A DNA stretch of 63,692 bases, counting the filler, from an uncultured Gemmatimonadota bacterium (GTDB lineage: Bacteria > Blakebacterota > Blakebacteria > Blakebacterales > Blakebacteraceae): NCBI GenBank assembly GCA_964576115.1. It is 12 parts of 12 records of this genome, joined end to end, with 100 filler letters (N's around TTAATTAATTAA, not from the genome) between each part and the next. Parts side by side here need not be neighbours in the genome. Positions count along the whole stretch, not along the records: positions 37,585 to 42,334 come from CAZNUA010000106.1; positions 42,435 to 47,167 come from CAZNUA010000107.1; positions 47,268 to 51,550 come from CAZNUA010000109.1; 9 more parts are not named here. The stretch is one strand, 5' to 3'. The notes below the pieces were generated by a model. That model was not told the DNA's origin, searched no databases, and saw nothing but the letters and a program-made list of their open reading frames with translations. Of the stretch, positions 37,875 to 47,305 are shown one piece after another. Position 1 is the first letter of the stretch; every line of letters starts with the position of its first letter. Made by a program: the position numbers and the translations under genes.

Positions 37875-38948
37875 ATGGAAACGCTTAGAAAGTGTTTGCC
37901 TCGACGATGTAGACACGCTATTCAAATATCATTAGTTACAGTCATTGTTATCAATATTGCTATTAATGATGTAATATATGCACAAACGCTTGATATGTTT
38001 AGGACTCCTCAAGTCGGAGATACACTGTTTGCAGATCTCGATAAAAATGGATTACGAGAAATTCTACTTCCGCTTCATAGAGACCGTAGACCATATGGCA
38101 GGAATAGGAGCTGGGTTCATAGTCCAGATAGCCTAGTAATTCTCGAACATAATATATCTGAGGGTTCTCGAGTAGTATTATCATATATTCCACCGGGGCC
38201 GGATCCTTCGATTAATGCCATTAAGATTGGTGACCTCGATGGAAATGGGCGGACAGATATCTTGATAGATTATGGTGCAGACATATTGGGTGTAGCACAG
38301 GGGCAGTTTGACGTGATCGAGTTTGAAGATCATACCGAAGAAGGGTGGGTTTTTTCTATAACCCTATCTACACACCCGGTGTCCAGATTCGTGGAGTTGA
38401 ACGACGGTACAGAATGGATGATTATTGTAGACAGACCTTGGTGGGATCCTGGCCACCCTCCATATGACAGCGAGCCGGAAGTCTACCCTGCAGCTATCCT
38501 CAGAACGAACGAAGGTGGAGGATACTGTTTGGCAAATGATTCATTCAATGCAAGCTTGGGAATGAAAGTCTTAAAACACGTAATACTATACGATAGTCTT
38601 GCTGTTGAATTCAATAAAACACCTACACGGGATCTAGCTGAATCACTTATTCAAAGCGCATCTTCTGTCGTTGTGTGGATGTCAACGCTCTTAGATGGTG
38701 AGAAGCTTGATCATTGGATTCAGAAACAGGTACCGCTATTCCAACGTATGGTTCCGTTTTCTGATTCGTTAATGACAACTGATAGGGGATTATATGTATT
38801 TCAAGATCCAGTTGAGGCTCTTGAAGACCTTCATACAAGGGGGCGTGAACGTATCGACTGGATAATAAGGACACAAGGAAAGGCTGGCAATTTCTATGCA
38901 AAGTACCCCAATAGTGAATGGGCGGAGTACATAAAGCCATTACAGTGA
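37875..38948 (+). CDS. Low-GC exported hypothetical protein with two DxDxNG (FG-GAP/VCBS-like) motifs
   Basis: GGGAG RBS; hydrophobic N-terminus; ADLDKNGLREIL and IGDLDGNGRTDIL. A 357-codon frame in AT-rich DNA is unlikely by chance. Confidence 0.8.
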   Translation: METLRKCLPRRCRHAIQISLVTVIVINIAINDVIYAQTLDMFRTPQVGDTLFADLDKNGLREILLPLHRDRRPYGRNRSWVHSPDSLVILEHNISEGSRVVLSYIPPGPDPSINAIKIGDLDGNGRTDILIDYGADILGVAQGQFDVIEFEDHTEEGWVFSITLSTHPVSRFVELNDGTEWMIIVDRPWWDPGHPPYDSEPEVYPAAILRTNEGGGYCLANDSFNASLGMKVLKHVILYDSLAVEFNKTPTRDLAESLIQSASSVVVWMSTLLDGEKLDHWIQKQVPLFQRMVPFSDSLMTTDRGLYVFQDPVEALEDLHTRGRERIDWIIRTQGKAGNFYAKYPNSEWAEYIKPLQ

Positions 38949-39070
38949 CCGACCACGCAAATTGATGATTGGGACACGGCTGTCAGTGTGCTACCTGCCC
39001 CCGCCCTTTGACCGCCTTCGGACCGGCGGGTATACTCGCTGCGCCGCACCGAAACGGGAAGGAGTCGAGG

Positions 39071-39991
39071 GTGCCCGTACAGAGCCAGCCGCCGGCATGT
39101 CCCTTCTGTGGGGCGGCCCGTCACCAGGCCGGGCTGCTGCCCCCCGACCGTCTGGCGCCCGATTCGGCTCCGGTTGCTCTGATCCGCTGCACCGGCTGCG
39201 GTACCTTCGAAAGCCTGAGTGAAGAGCCGGCGGCGGACGTGGTCGCCGACACCTATCTGCCCCATGCCCGCCCCGCCGGCCTGCAGGGCCGGCTGACTGC
39301 GCGAAGTCAGGATCGCAAGGTCGCCCGTTGCCTGCCCTGGGCGGGGGAGGGAGGGCTGGTCGATCTGGGCTGCGGGATCGGGGGCTTTCTCGCGGCCTGG
39401 AAGCGGGCCCGGCCGGCCGATCGCCCGCTCGGCCTCGAAACCGATCCGGGGGCGGTACAACTGGCGCGTTCCCGCGGATTGGATGTCGAGCAGATCGATC
39501 TGGAAGCCGAACTGCCCGAAACGGCCCGGAAGCGGTCCCTCTACACCCTCTGGCATGTTCTCGAGCACCTGAGCGATCCGGCGGCCGTGCTGAGGGCAGT
39601 CCGGGAGGCCATGCTCCGGGACGGGCATATCATCCTGGCCGTTCCCAATGCGGCTGCCCTGGAGCGTTCGGTTTTCCGAACCCGGACGATCGCCTGGGAT
39701 CCCCCCCGCCACCGCTGGCACTTCACCCCGCAGGGTCTGACGGAGCTGGCCCGTCTCTCCGGCTTGACGATCCGCGACCGCTTCAGCCTGCTCAGCGACG
39801 ATATCTATGATGCCGTCGCCTCCCAGCAGTGGGCCCTCTGGCCCCGTTTCTGGGTCGAGGAGCGCGCCCTGCGCCGTCTGCCCGTCACCGGGCTGGCCCT
39901 GCTGGGAGGAATCCCGGCCGGTCTGGCCCTGGCGGCGGTCGCGCCGTGGGGCAGACGAGCCAGCCTGGGAGTTGTTCTCGGCAAAGAGTAG
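39071..39991 (+). CDS. Class I SAM-dependent methyltransferase with N-terminal Zn ribbon
   Basis: AAGGAG RBS + GTG; CPFC..CTGC; VDLGCGIGGF; LWHVLEHLSDP; AVPN; PPRHRWHFTP. Confidence 0.88.
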   Translation: MPVQSQPPACPFCGAARHQAGLLPPDRLAPDSAPVALIRCTGCGTFESLSEEPAADVVADTYLPHARPAGLQGRLTARSQDRKVARCLPWAGEGGLVDLGCGIGGFLAAWKRARPADRPLGLETDPGAVQLARSRGLDVEQIDLEAELPETARKRSLYTLWHVLEHLSDPAAVLRAVREAMLRDGHIILAVPNAAALERSVFRTRTIAWDPPRHRWHFTPQGLTELARLSGLTIRDRFSLLSDDIYDAVASQQWALWPRFWVEERALRRLPVTGLALLGGIPAGLALAAVAPWGRRASLGVVLGKE

Positions 39992-40042
39992 GGCTGATGC
40001 CTATACTTCTTATTCTGTACCGCAATCCGGAGACGATCGCAC

Positions 40043-41080
40043 GTGGCTCTGACCCTGGGACAGGCCGAACTCGGGACGCTCCTGCTTTCGCCGATGGCGG
40101 GGGTGACCAACCGCGTCTTCCGGCGCCTCTGCCGGCGGATGGGGGCGGACACGGTCTATACCGAATTCGTCTCCGGTGACGGACTGATCCGGGAGAGCGA
40201 AACGACGGTCGAACTGATGCGGTTCTCGGCCGATGAACATCCGATCGGGGTGCAGCTCTTCGGTTCCGATCCCGTGGTTCTGGCCGACGCCGCCCGCCGT
40301 GTTGCGGCGACCGGACCCGATCTGATCGACCTCAACTTCGGCTGTCCGGTGCGCAAGGTCGTCCGCAGGCAGGCCGGGGCGGCCCTGCTCACCGATCTCG
40401 GATTGCTGGGCGAGATCGTCCGGGCGGTCGTCGGGGCCGTCGATCTTCCGGTGACGATCAAGGTGCGGGCCGGCTGGGACGAGAGCCGGCTCGTCTATGT
40501 CGAGGCGACCCGGATCGCGGCCGAAGCGGGAGCCCGGGCCGTGACGCTGCATCCCCGCACCCGGGTCCAGGGCTACGCGGGACGAGCCGACTGGTCGCGT
40601 ATCGCTCATCTGGTTTCCGAAAGTCCGATACCGGTCATCGGGAACGGGGATATATTCACCCCCCTGGACGCCCGGCGCATGCTCGAGGAAACCGGCTGTG
40701 CGGCGGTCATGATCGCCCGGGGGGCGATCGGCAATCCCTGGATCTTCAGCCGAACCGGAACGCTGCTCGAGACCGGCGAGATCGAACCCGAACCCGATGC
40801 CGCCCGGCGGCTCGAAACGGCCCTGCTCCACGCCCGTCTCGATATCGAAGAAAAGGGGGAGGCGGGGGCGATCCGGGAAATGCGCCGGCACATGAGCCGG
40901 TACACCAGAGGGCTCTGGAGGGCGGCGGTGCTGCGCCGTTCGGCAATGCAGGTCGAATCGTATGCAGCCATGGAAGCCCTGGTGCAGTACTATCTGAAGG
41001 TTCTGGCCCGGCACGAACGGGGCGAGCGCGTCACTTTCGAACCGCCGGCCCCGGAAGGGGAGGAATCGAACCGTGCGTGA
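40043..41080 (+). CDS. dusB: tRNA-dihydrouridine synthase B
   Basis: LSPMAGVTN, VQLFGS, DLNFGCPVRKV, HPRTR, IGNGDI, MIARGAIGNPW, MRRH. Confidence 0.93.
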   Translation: MALTLGQAELGTLLLSPMAGVTNRVFRRLCRRMGADTVYTEFVSGDGLIRESETTVELMRFSADEHPIGVQLFGSDPVVLADAARRVAATGPDLIDLNFGCPVRKVVRRQAGAALLTDLGLLGEIVRAVVGAVDLPVTIKVRAGWDESRLVYVEATRIAAEAGARAVTLHPRTRVQGYAGRADWSRIAHLVSESPIPVIGNGDIFTPLDARRMLEETGCAAVMIARGAIGNPWIFSRTGTLLETGEIEPEPDAARRLETALLHARLDIEEKGEAGAIREMRRHMSRYTRGLWRAAVLRRSAMQVESYAAMEALVQYYLKVLARHERGERVTFEPPAPEGEESNRA

Positions 41081-41849
41081 ATCCGAGATCCTGGAACTTC
41101 TGAGAGCTGTCGCGGGGGGCGAGACCGATCCCGCCGAGGCTCTCGAGCAGTTGCGCGGGCTTCCCTTCGCGGCGGTCGAAGAATACGCGACGGTCGACAC
41201 CCATCGCGACCTGCGGTGCGGTTTTCCCGAAGTGATCCTCGGGGAATCGAAGACCCCGGAGCAGTGCCGGGCCATCGCTGCCCGCCTGGTCGAAAGCGGC
41301 GCCCCGTTGCTCGCGACCCGGCTCGATGACGAGAAGGCCGCCGCCGTGCTGCAGGCTGTCCCCGGGGCCGAACATTTTCCGGTGGCCCGGCTCGTCCGCT
41401 GGCTGCCCGAAGGAGCCCATGACGGTGTCATCATGCGCGGGCCCGCCGCCGTCGTATCGGCGGGCACCTCCGACCTGGCCGTGGCCGAGGAAGCCGCCCT
41501 GACCGCCGAAACGATGGGGCTGGAGGTGCATCGGATCTACGATGTCGGGGTGGCGGGTCTGCACCGCCTGCTGGCCCGGCGGTCCGAACTCGAAGCCGCC
41601 GCCGTGGTCATTGTCGTGGCGGGCATGGAGGGAGCCCTGCCGAGCGTGGTGGGCGGACTCATCGCCCCGCCCGTCATCGCCGTTCCGACCAGCGTCGGCT
41701 ACGGGGTGGCTCGCGGAGGCTATGCGGCCCTGCTGGGCATGCTGGCCACCTGCGCGTCGGGGGTGACGGTGGTGAATATCGACAACGGTTTCGGGGCGGG
41801 CTGCGCGGCGGCCCGGATGGCACGGTTGCGAAGCGAGGAGACGGCATGA
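41073..41849 (+). CDS. larB: Nickel-pincer cofactor biosynthesis carboxylase LarB
   Basis: DTHRDLRCGFPEVI..KTPEQ, SAGTSDLAVAEEA, DVGVAGLHRL, AGMEGALPSVVGG, PTSVGYG, VVNIDNGFGA. Confidence 0.95.
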   Translation: MRESEILELLRAVAGGETDPAEALEQLRGLPFAAVEEYATVDTHRDLRCGFPEVILGESKTPEQCRAIAARLVESGAPLLATRLDDEKAAAVLQAVPGAEHFPVARLVRWLPEGAHDGVIMRGPAAVVSAGTSDLAVAEEAALTAETMGLEVHRIYDVGVAGLHRLLARRSELEAAAVVIVVAGMEGALPSVVGGLIAPPVIAVPTSVGYGVARGGYAALLGMLATCASGVTVVNIDNGFGAGCAAARMARLRSEETA

Positions 41850-42334
41850 AGACCCTTCTGCTGGAGCCGGTCAGCGGTATCAGCGGTGACATGCTGCTCG
41901 GGACACTCGTCGACCTGGGGGTTGACCTGGACCTGATGCGCGAGCAGGTCGCGGCCCTCGGTCTGACGGAACGGGTTCAGCTCGAGGCCCGATCGGTGCA
42001 GCGGGCCGGACTGGCCGCCACCAAGGTCGATGTGCTGGTCGACGGAGTGCCCGAAGCCGCGGGGGGCCGGCCGGGATCGTCCGGGCCGGATCGTCACGAC
42101 GCTTCGGTGCCGCCCACGAACCCCGACCGGATCCGGTCGATCCTGACCGAATCGGCTCTCGATCCGGCCGTACGGGATGCGGCCACCGAGGTCTTCGAAC
42201 GGCTCACCGCCGCCGAAGCCCGGGTTCACGGCGCCGCCGGCGGTCACGTTCACCTGCACGAGGTCGGGGCTCTCGATGCCGTCGTGGATGTCGTCTGCAG
42301 TGTGGCCGGTCTGCGCGAACTGGGTCCCGAACGG
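41846..42334 (+). CDS. larC: Nickel insertion protein LarC, N-terminal part
   Basis: SGISGDMLLGTLVDLG, AEARVHG..VHLHEVGALDAVVDV. ATGA overlap with larB; truncated. Confidence 0.93.
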
Positions 42335-42434
42335 NNNNNNNNNNNNNNNNNNNNNNNNNNNNNNNNNNNNNNNNNNNNTTAATTAATTAANNNNNNNNNN
42401 NNNNNNNNNNNNNNNNNNNNNNNNNNNNNNNNNN

Positions 42435-43443
42435 CATCATGCAGTCCCACGAGACCGGTGAAGTCGGGATCGCGCAGGCGGAAGGCGCTATGACCGCGAA
42501 AGAGGATGCGGCCGTTGAGGAACACACTCACCTCGTCGCTGTACCCGAAGAGCAGTTTTTTCACGGTGCGGGTTCCGGAGGTGATGACGGTTCGGGCCAG
42601 TACGCAGTCGATCTGCTCGCCGTTGCGGGGCACATAGCGGGCGATATTCAGCAGTCCGGTGGGCTCGGGGCTCACCGGACGCCACTGCATATCCCCGAGA
42701 TCGGCCGAGAGCGGCCAGGTGTCCCGATCGAGAACGCTGATCGGCCAGGCACGGGAGAGTTCCCAGTTCATGATCGTTCCCGGCGGGGTTTCGATCTCGG
42801 GCGCCGGATCGAAGACGAGCGTGTCATCGCTTCGCCAGCTGAAATCGGCAAAGCGCAGCAGGCCGCCGGCGGCCCCCTGCAGACCGATCGGGCCATGGCT
42901 GTCACCGTGCTTGAGATCAGTGACGACCAGGGCCGGTTCGGGAGCCCGGTCGATGAAAAGCCGGGCCTGGGTACCCATGACCTCCAGCTTGACATGGACC
43001 CACTCATGATGCGGTATCTCGGCTGCGGCAGTGTACCCGTCCAGGGCATAGAGCTGCCAGCCGCTCTGGCCCCCGAAGACCGGTTGATACTGCAACGCGT
43101 CGTAGTGACCCGGCTTGTGGGGCCGCAGGTAGATGTTTTCGAATTCCTGGCCCGTCTGAACCCGGAAATAAAAGCCGGCGAAGCACCGCTGGCCGGTAAA
43201 GTACATGTCGACTTCGAGAACACCGTTGTGAAAATCGGTCCCGGGCAGCAGAGCCGAACCCGCCAGGGTGGTGCGTCCCTCGAATTCCTCGACCGCACCG
43301 TTGAGGATCTGCCAGGCCTCGGAGGTGAAAGGAACCGGCCCCTCCTGGGCCCGGAGCGAAGCAGGGGGACCTACGAGACCGAGGCAAAATGCAAGAGCGA
43401 GGCCGAGAGCGAGCGGCACAGACAGTCCTGTTCTCTTGATCAT
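42435..43443 (-). CDS. Secreted protein with concanavalin-like (DUF1080/GH16-like) domain; 3' end lost
   Basis: Signal peptide (LRA-QE); FHNGVLEVDM..FAGFYFR..EWVHVKLEV..LFID..GPIGL; C-terminal FGYSDEVSVFLNG. Confidence 0.72.
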
Positions 43444-43683
43444 GGGTCGATTACTCCTCGTCAGTCAGCGGGCCGGATGCCCTTTCCTACGGCTGCGGGA
43501 GCGATACGGTTCACGAGAAAGCGGCGCCCGAGAGGGAACCGGGTCATATCGGAAGCCGAATCATGTGAACAAAAGCAGGGTCCATCAGCGTCTCACTGCC
43601 GGCGGGAGTTCCGGTCCTCCCGCCGCCGGTCGGCCCACACCGGATTGCCCGGGCCGGATCAATCGGGATATCGAGGAAACGAC

Positions 43684-44532
43684 ATGCACCGTCATCGCAG
43701 ACCGAACAGTGCCTGGTTCATCGCCCTCTTCGCGGCCACTCTCCTGGCTGTCGGCGGCTGTGGCGAGGGTTCGTTCTTCCGCACTTTTTCGACCGCCCCC
43801 TCGCAGGCGGACACCGTCCAGGTTCTATTGATCGGCAACAGTCTCTCGGGCTGGGGCGACGTCCACACCCATTTTCAGAAGATGATCGAAGCCGGGAACC
43901 GCCGGGCGATTTTTGATTACTCGATCAAGGGCGGCGCCGCCCTGGTTTCCCACCTTTACGAGTATTACGGAACCAAGAAGAAGATCGACGAGGGCCGCTG
44001 GAACTATGTCATTGCACAGGAAGCGCAGTGGGCTCTGCCCTTCCCGCTTTCAGAGGGCAGAGCTCGCGCGATCGAGGGCTACGCCGGTCTCAGAGAGGCT
44101 GTTCACGCCCGGAATCCGCACACGCGGATGGTCATGTTTCTGGACTGGATGAACCTCGAATCGATCGATGCCATCGAGATCGAGACCGGTGACACCCTGA
44201 CCTTCAGCCGTCACGAGTTTCAGGATATGATGACGACCGAAGCCCTCGACCTGGCCGACAGCCTGAAATACATCGTCGCCCCGATCGGCGAGGCCTGGCG
44301 CCGGGTCATGGACGAACGCCCCGACATCAACATGATGCACCGGGACGAGGCCCACCCCAACGATGTCGGCGGTTACCTGCAGGCCTGCGTCTACTACGCC
44401 ACCATCTTCAAGAAAAGTCCGGAGAACCTGCGTTACTGGTGTCTGGGCATCCCGCACGAGGATTCTGAATATCTGCAGCGGATCGCCGCCGAAACGGTTC
44501 TGCCCCACAAGAAACGCTGGCGCATCCCCTGA
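43684..44532 (+). CDS. SGNH/GDSL-hydrolase-like lipoprotein
   Basis: GAGG RBS; lipobox-like VGGC; VLLIGNSLS, WNYVIAQE, APIGEAW, DEAHPN (DxxH). Confidence 0.82.
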   Translation: MHRHRRPNSAWFIALFAATLLAVGGCGEGSFFRTFSTAPSQADTVQVLLIGNSLSGWGDVHTHFQKMIEAGNRRAIFDYSIKGGAALVSHLYEYYGTKKKIDEGRWNYVIAQEAQWALPFPLSEGRARAIEGYAGLREAVHARNPHTRMVMFLDWMNLESIDAIEIETGDTLTFSRHEFQDMMTTEALDLADSLKYIVAPIGEAWRRVMDERPDINMMHRDEAHPNDVGGYLQACVYYATIFKKSPENLRYWCLGIPHEDSEYLQRIAAETVLPHKKRWRIP

Positions 44533-44547
44533 CCGTTATTCCTTCAA

Positions 44548-45570
44548 TCAGGTGCGGCGCAGAGCCAAGACCGCCAGGATGGCGATGAGACCGGCCAGGA
44601 CGATACCCGCCGCGATGAGCAGAGTCACGTTGGTCGCCCGGGATGTGACCTCGACCGAAAAGGGAAAGTAAAGCAATTCGCCCGGTTCGATCTCCCACCT
44701 GGCCGTGTTCATGTGCACTTCATCGGCATTGGAGTCGATGATGACACCCGGCATGACGACCTGGTGAATATACCCTTCGCCGCTGAACATCTCGTGCCAA
44801 CTGCTGAACTCCCGATACAACCGGTTGAAGTCCTCGATCTCGGGGCGCAGTCCGGCCACGGCAGAGGTGGCGAAGAAGTCGGTACAGGTCGTGAGTAATA
44901 CCTCGACCAATTCATCCTCATCGGCCTCGTCGGCGGCGGCGATGACGGTTTCGAAGAGGGTTTCTTTCTCTTCATCGAGCCGCTCCGGGACCAGGTCGGG
45001 GTCATCGAGCCGGACCGCACCGCGACGCAGGCGGATGAAGAACTGTTCGTACAGGGTCCTGATCTGCCACCGTTCGCCCCGGGCACTCAAGGTCGAATCG
45101 GCCTCGTCGTTCTGGAGCCGGATCAGCTCTTCGGGGGTGAAGTAGTCCTCGGGAGGCGGATCGGCAAAAGGCCAGGCCGAATCGTAGGCTTCGGTCCACG
45201 TCCACCAGGTCACAAACCAGCGGTGCCGCTTCTCGAGCCCGACCCGGCTGCGCACGGCCCACCGGTTTCCCGGCCGGGCCTCGATGTCGGCCTGCAGGTC
45301 GCCGACCCGGCGGAATTCGCGCTCGAACCCGTACCAGATCGTCCCGACCTCTTCGGAATCGGGGCGGGAGGAGGTACGCCACCCGGGAGCCGCCGGCAGA
45401 GCCAGGACCGTTTCTCCAAAACCGCTGCTGTCCCCCTGAACCGCCACGGTGCGCAGAAGGGAACCGTCACGAGCGATTTCGGTCGTGATTTCGAACTCCT
45501 TGCACCCGCCGAGAAAGAGCGGCACCAGGAGGAATCCGGCGACGAGAATCGACTTTCTGGATACGGTCAT
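44548..45570 (-). CDS. Hypothetical lipoprotein with C-terminal transmembrane helix
   Basis: LGGC lipobox-like; C-K-E-F-E-I-T-T-E-I-x-x-D-G-S; VVMPGVIIDSNAD; terminal LLIAAGIVLAGLIAILAVLALRR. Confidence 0.78.
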   Translation of the reverse strand: MTVSRKSILVAGFLLVPLFLGGCKEFEITTEIARDGSLLRTVAVQGDSSGFGETVLALPAAPGWRTSSRPDSEEVGTIWYGFEREFRRVGDLQADIEARPGNRWAVRSRVGLEKRHRWFVTWWTWTEAYDSAWPFADPPPEDYFTPEELIRLQNDEADSTLSARGERWQIRTLYEQFFIRLRRGAVRLDDPDLVPERLDEEKETLFETVIAAADEADEDELVEVLLTTCTDFFATSAVAGLRPEIEDFNRLYREFSSWHEMFSGEGYIHQVVMPGVIIDSNADEVHMNTARWEIEPGELLYFPFSVEVTSRATNVTLLIAAGIVLAGLIAILAVLALRRT

Positions 45571-45589
45571 GGCAGGTATCTCCCGTGGT

Positions 45590-46300
45590 TCAGAGACCGC
45601 GCAGGGCGGTCGCAATCCGCTGGCGCTGCTCGAGAAGCAGCCGGATTTCATCTGAGTCCAGACCATCTTCGAGAGTAATTGCGGTCAGGACGGGCAGTTC
45701 GGCCTTCAGCCGGTTCAGCAGGGACGGGGTGAGGTCGCCCGCCAGCCCCCGGCCCGAAAGCCACCCGAGAAGGTCGTCACGCGACACCGCCGGGCGCGCG
45801 GTCGAACCGGCGGTGAAGAATCCGGCCGTCCGCAGGGCCGGTTCGATGCGTTCCAGGGTGGCGGTCAGCCGGGCGTACTCCCGGGTCTGGGTCGTGACGG
45901 CTTCGGTCCAGGCCGTCATCGCACTCTCCAGCCGGGTGAGCCGATGCCCGAGCAGCACCTCGTGAGCCGTCATCAGAACGAGCAGAACCAGAGCCGCGGC
46001 CGCCAGGGTCGGCACCAGAGCGATCCGCCCCCGACGCCGGGAGGAGAGTGTCGGGAGCGGCGGCGTTTGAGTCTCACCGAGACGCGAGAGGATCCCGGAC
46101 CGTAGATCGGCCGGGACCGGTGCGGCATCATCGGCTGCAGAAAGGTCTGCGATCCAGGTCGCCGAACGGGCGATGGCCTCGGCTTCAGCGGCGCAGGCCG
46201 GGCAGCGTTTCAGGTGCCGCTCCAGCCGCCGGCGCTGGCGGGGGCTGAGCTCGCCCTCGCGGAAGAGATAGAGCTGCTTTTCAAAGGATCGGCACGACAT
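45590..46300 (-). CDS. Zinc-finger (zf-HC2/ZAS) transmembrane anti-sigma factor
   Basis: MSC...GEL..LERHLKRCPAC (HxxxCxxC), single TM IALVPTLAAAALVLLVLM; overlaps the sigma gene end. Confidence 0.88.
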   Translation of the reverse strand: MSCRSFEKQLYLFREGELSPRQRRRLERHLKRCPACAAEAEAIARSATWIADLSAADDAAPVPADLRSGILSRLGETQTPPLPTLSSRRRGRIALVPTLAAAALVLLVLMTAHEVLLGHRLTRLESAMTAWTEAVTTQTREYARLTATLERIEPALRTAGFFTAGSTARPAVSRDDLLGWLSGRGLAGDLTPSLLNRLKAELPVLTAITLEDGLDSDEIRLLLEQRQRIATALRGL

Positions 46301-46895
46301 GCCTTTTTTTCTCCTCTGGATTGGTGCGGATTGACTCCCGGTCCGTCTCGAGCCACTGCCGTAACTTCTTGCGCGCGTGGCTGAGGTTGGTTTTGACCGC
46401 CCCGGGGCTCATTCCGGTGATCCGCGTCACCTCCCGCACGTTGAGTTCGTGCAGATCGCGCAGCACAAAGACGAGCCGCTGACGGGGGGGCAACCGGTCA
46501 CAGAGTTCCTGGATCCGATGCATGAGCCTGCCTCCGGCGACCGGAGGTGCATCGGAGGCGGGATCGACCGGTCCGCCCGCGGCTTCCCGGCCGGTATCGG
46601 GCACCAGATAGCGCCGCTGACGCCGGCGGGCCCGCAGGACATCGCGGCAACGATTGGTGACGACGGAGTAGAGCCAGGTCGTGAAAGCAGTGCGGTCGTC
46701 GTAGCGATCCAGGTGCCGCCAGATACTGATGAAGCTTTCCTGAACCGCATCGCGGGCCTCCTCCTCCGAACCGAGCAGCCGCACCGCCAGCCGCCAGGCG
46801 TAGCCCTGGCAACGCCCGACCAGTTCGCCGAAGGCGTTTTCATCGCCTTCCCGGCTGCGCCGGATCAATTCGCGCGTCTCGGCATCGTTCTTCAT
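46281..46895 (-). CDS. ECF RNA polymerase sigma factor
   Basis: GDENAFGELV, ARDAVQESF..W, FTTWLYSVVTNRCRD, LPPRQRLVFVLR, GAVKTNLSHARKKL. Confidence 0.95.
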   Translation of the reverse strand: MKNDAETRELIRRSREGDENAFGELVGRCQGYAWRLAVRLLGSEEEARDAVQESFISIWRHLDRYDDRTAFTTWLYSVVTNRCRDVLRARRRQRRYLVPDTGREAAGGPVDPASDAPPVAGGRLMHRIQELCDRLPPRQRLVFVLRDLHELNVREVTRITGMSPGAVKTNLSHARKKLRQWLETDRESIRTNPEEKKRHVVPIL

Positions 46896-46990
46896 GCGGT
46901 CAGACTGCCTCCCGGCAGGGGGCTCCCGTCACTGCTTCCCGTAATGCGACCATGATACGCCCGGGATCCGAAAGGGTTAAACCGGGGTCG

Positions 46991-47017
46991 AAGAACGCGG
47001 CCGCTGAAGCGGCCGCG
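46991..47017 (-). terminator. GC-rich hairpin, probable terminator upstream of the ECF operon
   Basis: CGCGGCCGC-N4-GCGGCCGCG perfect 9-bp stem, followed on the minus strand by TTCTT. Confidence 0.55.
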
Positions 47018-47267
47018 ATTCAGAATCGGAAGTGAAGACGGCGGACCGGCGGGCGCCGGTCAGCCGAACGGGAAAGGCCGCGTCAACGGCTTGTGTCGCC
47101 GGGCAGGATCCGGTCGGGGATATCCTGCCGACCCGGAAATTCGTAGTCGGTGTCGATCGAGGAGACCNNNNNNNNNNNNNNNNNNNNNNNNNNNNNNNNN
47201 NNNNNNNNNNNTTAATTAATTAANNNNNNNNNNNNNNNNNNNNNNNNNNNNNNNNNNNNNNNNNNNN

Positions 47268-47297
47268 ACCCACGGTGCGGTCACCATCATTCGCTAG
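47268..47297 (+). CDS. Last 9 codons of an upstream gene, resembling a T9SS-type CTD terminus
   Basis: THGAVTIIR* resembles the GxVTxIR ending of gliding-motility-type CTDs. The stop is 8 bp before the Kelch gene start. Confidence 0.45.
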   Translation, partial: THGAVTIIR

Positions 47298-47305
47298 GTG
47301 AGGAG

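Noticed and set aside
42439-43683. N-terminal 415 aa of the 697-aa ORF 42439-44532
   Set aside because: It overlaps the real minus-strand gene. The SGNH lipoprotein starts at ATG 43684 with its own RBS and signal.
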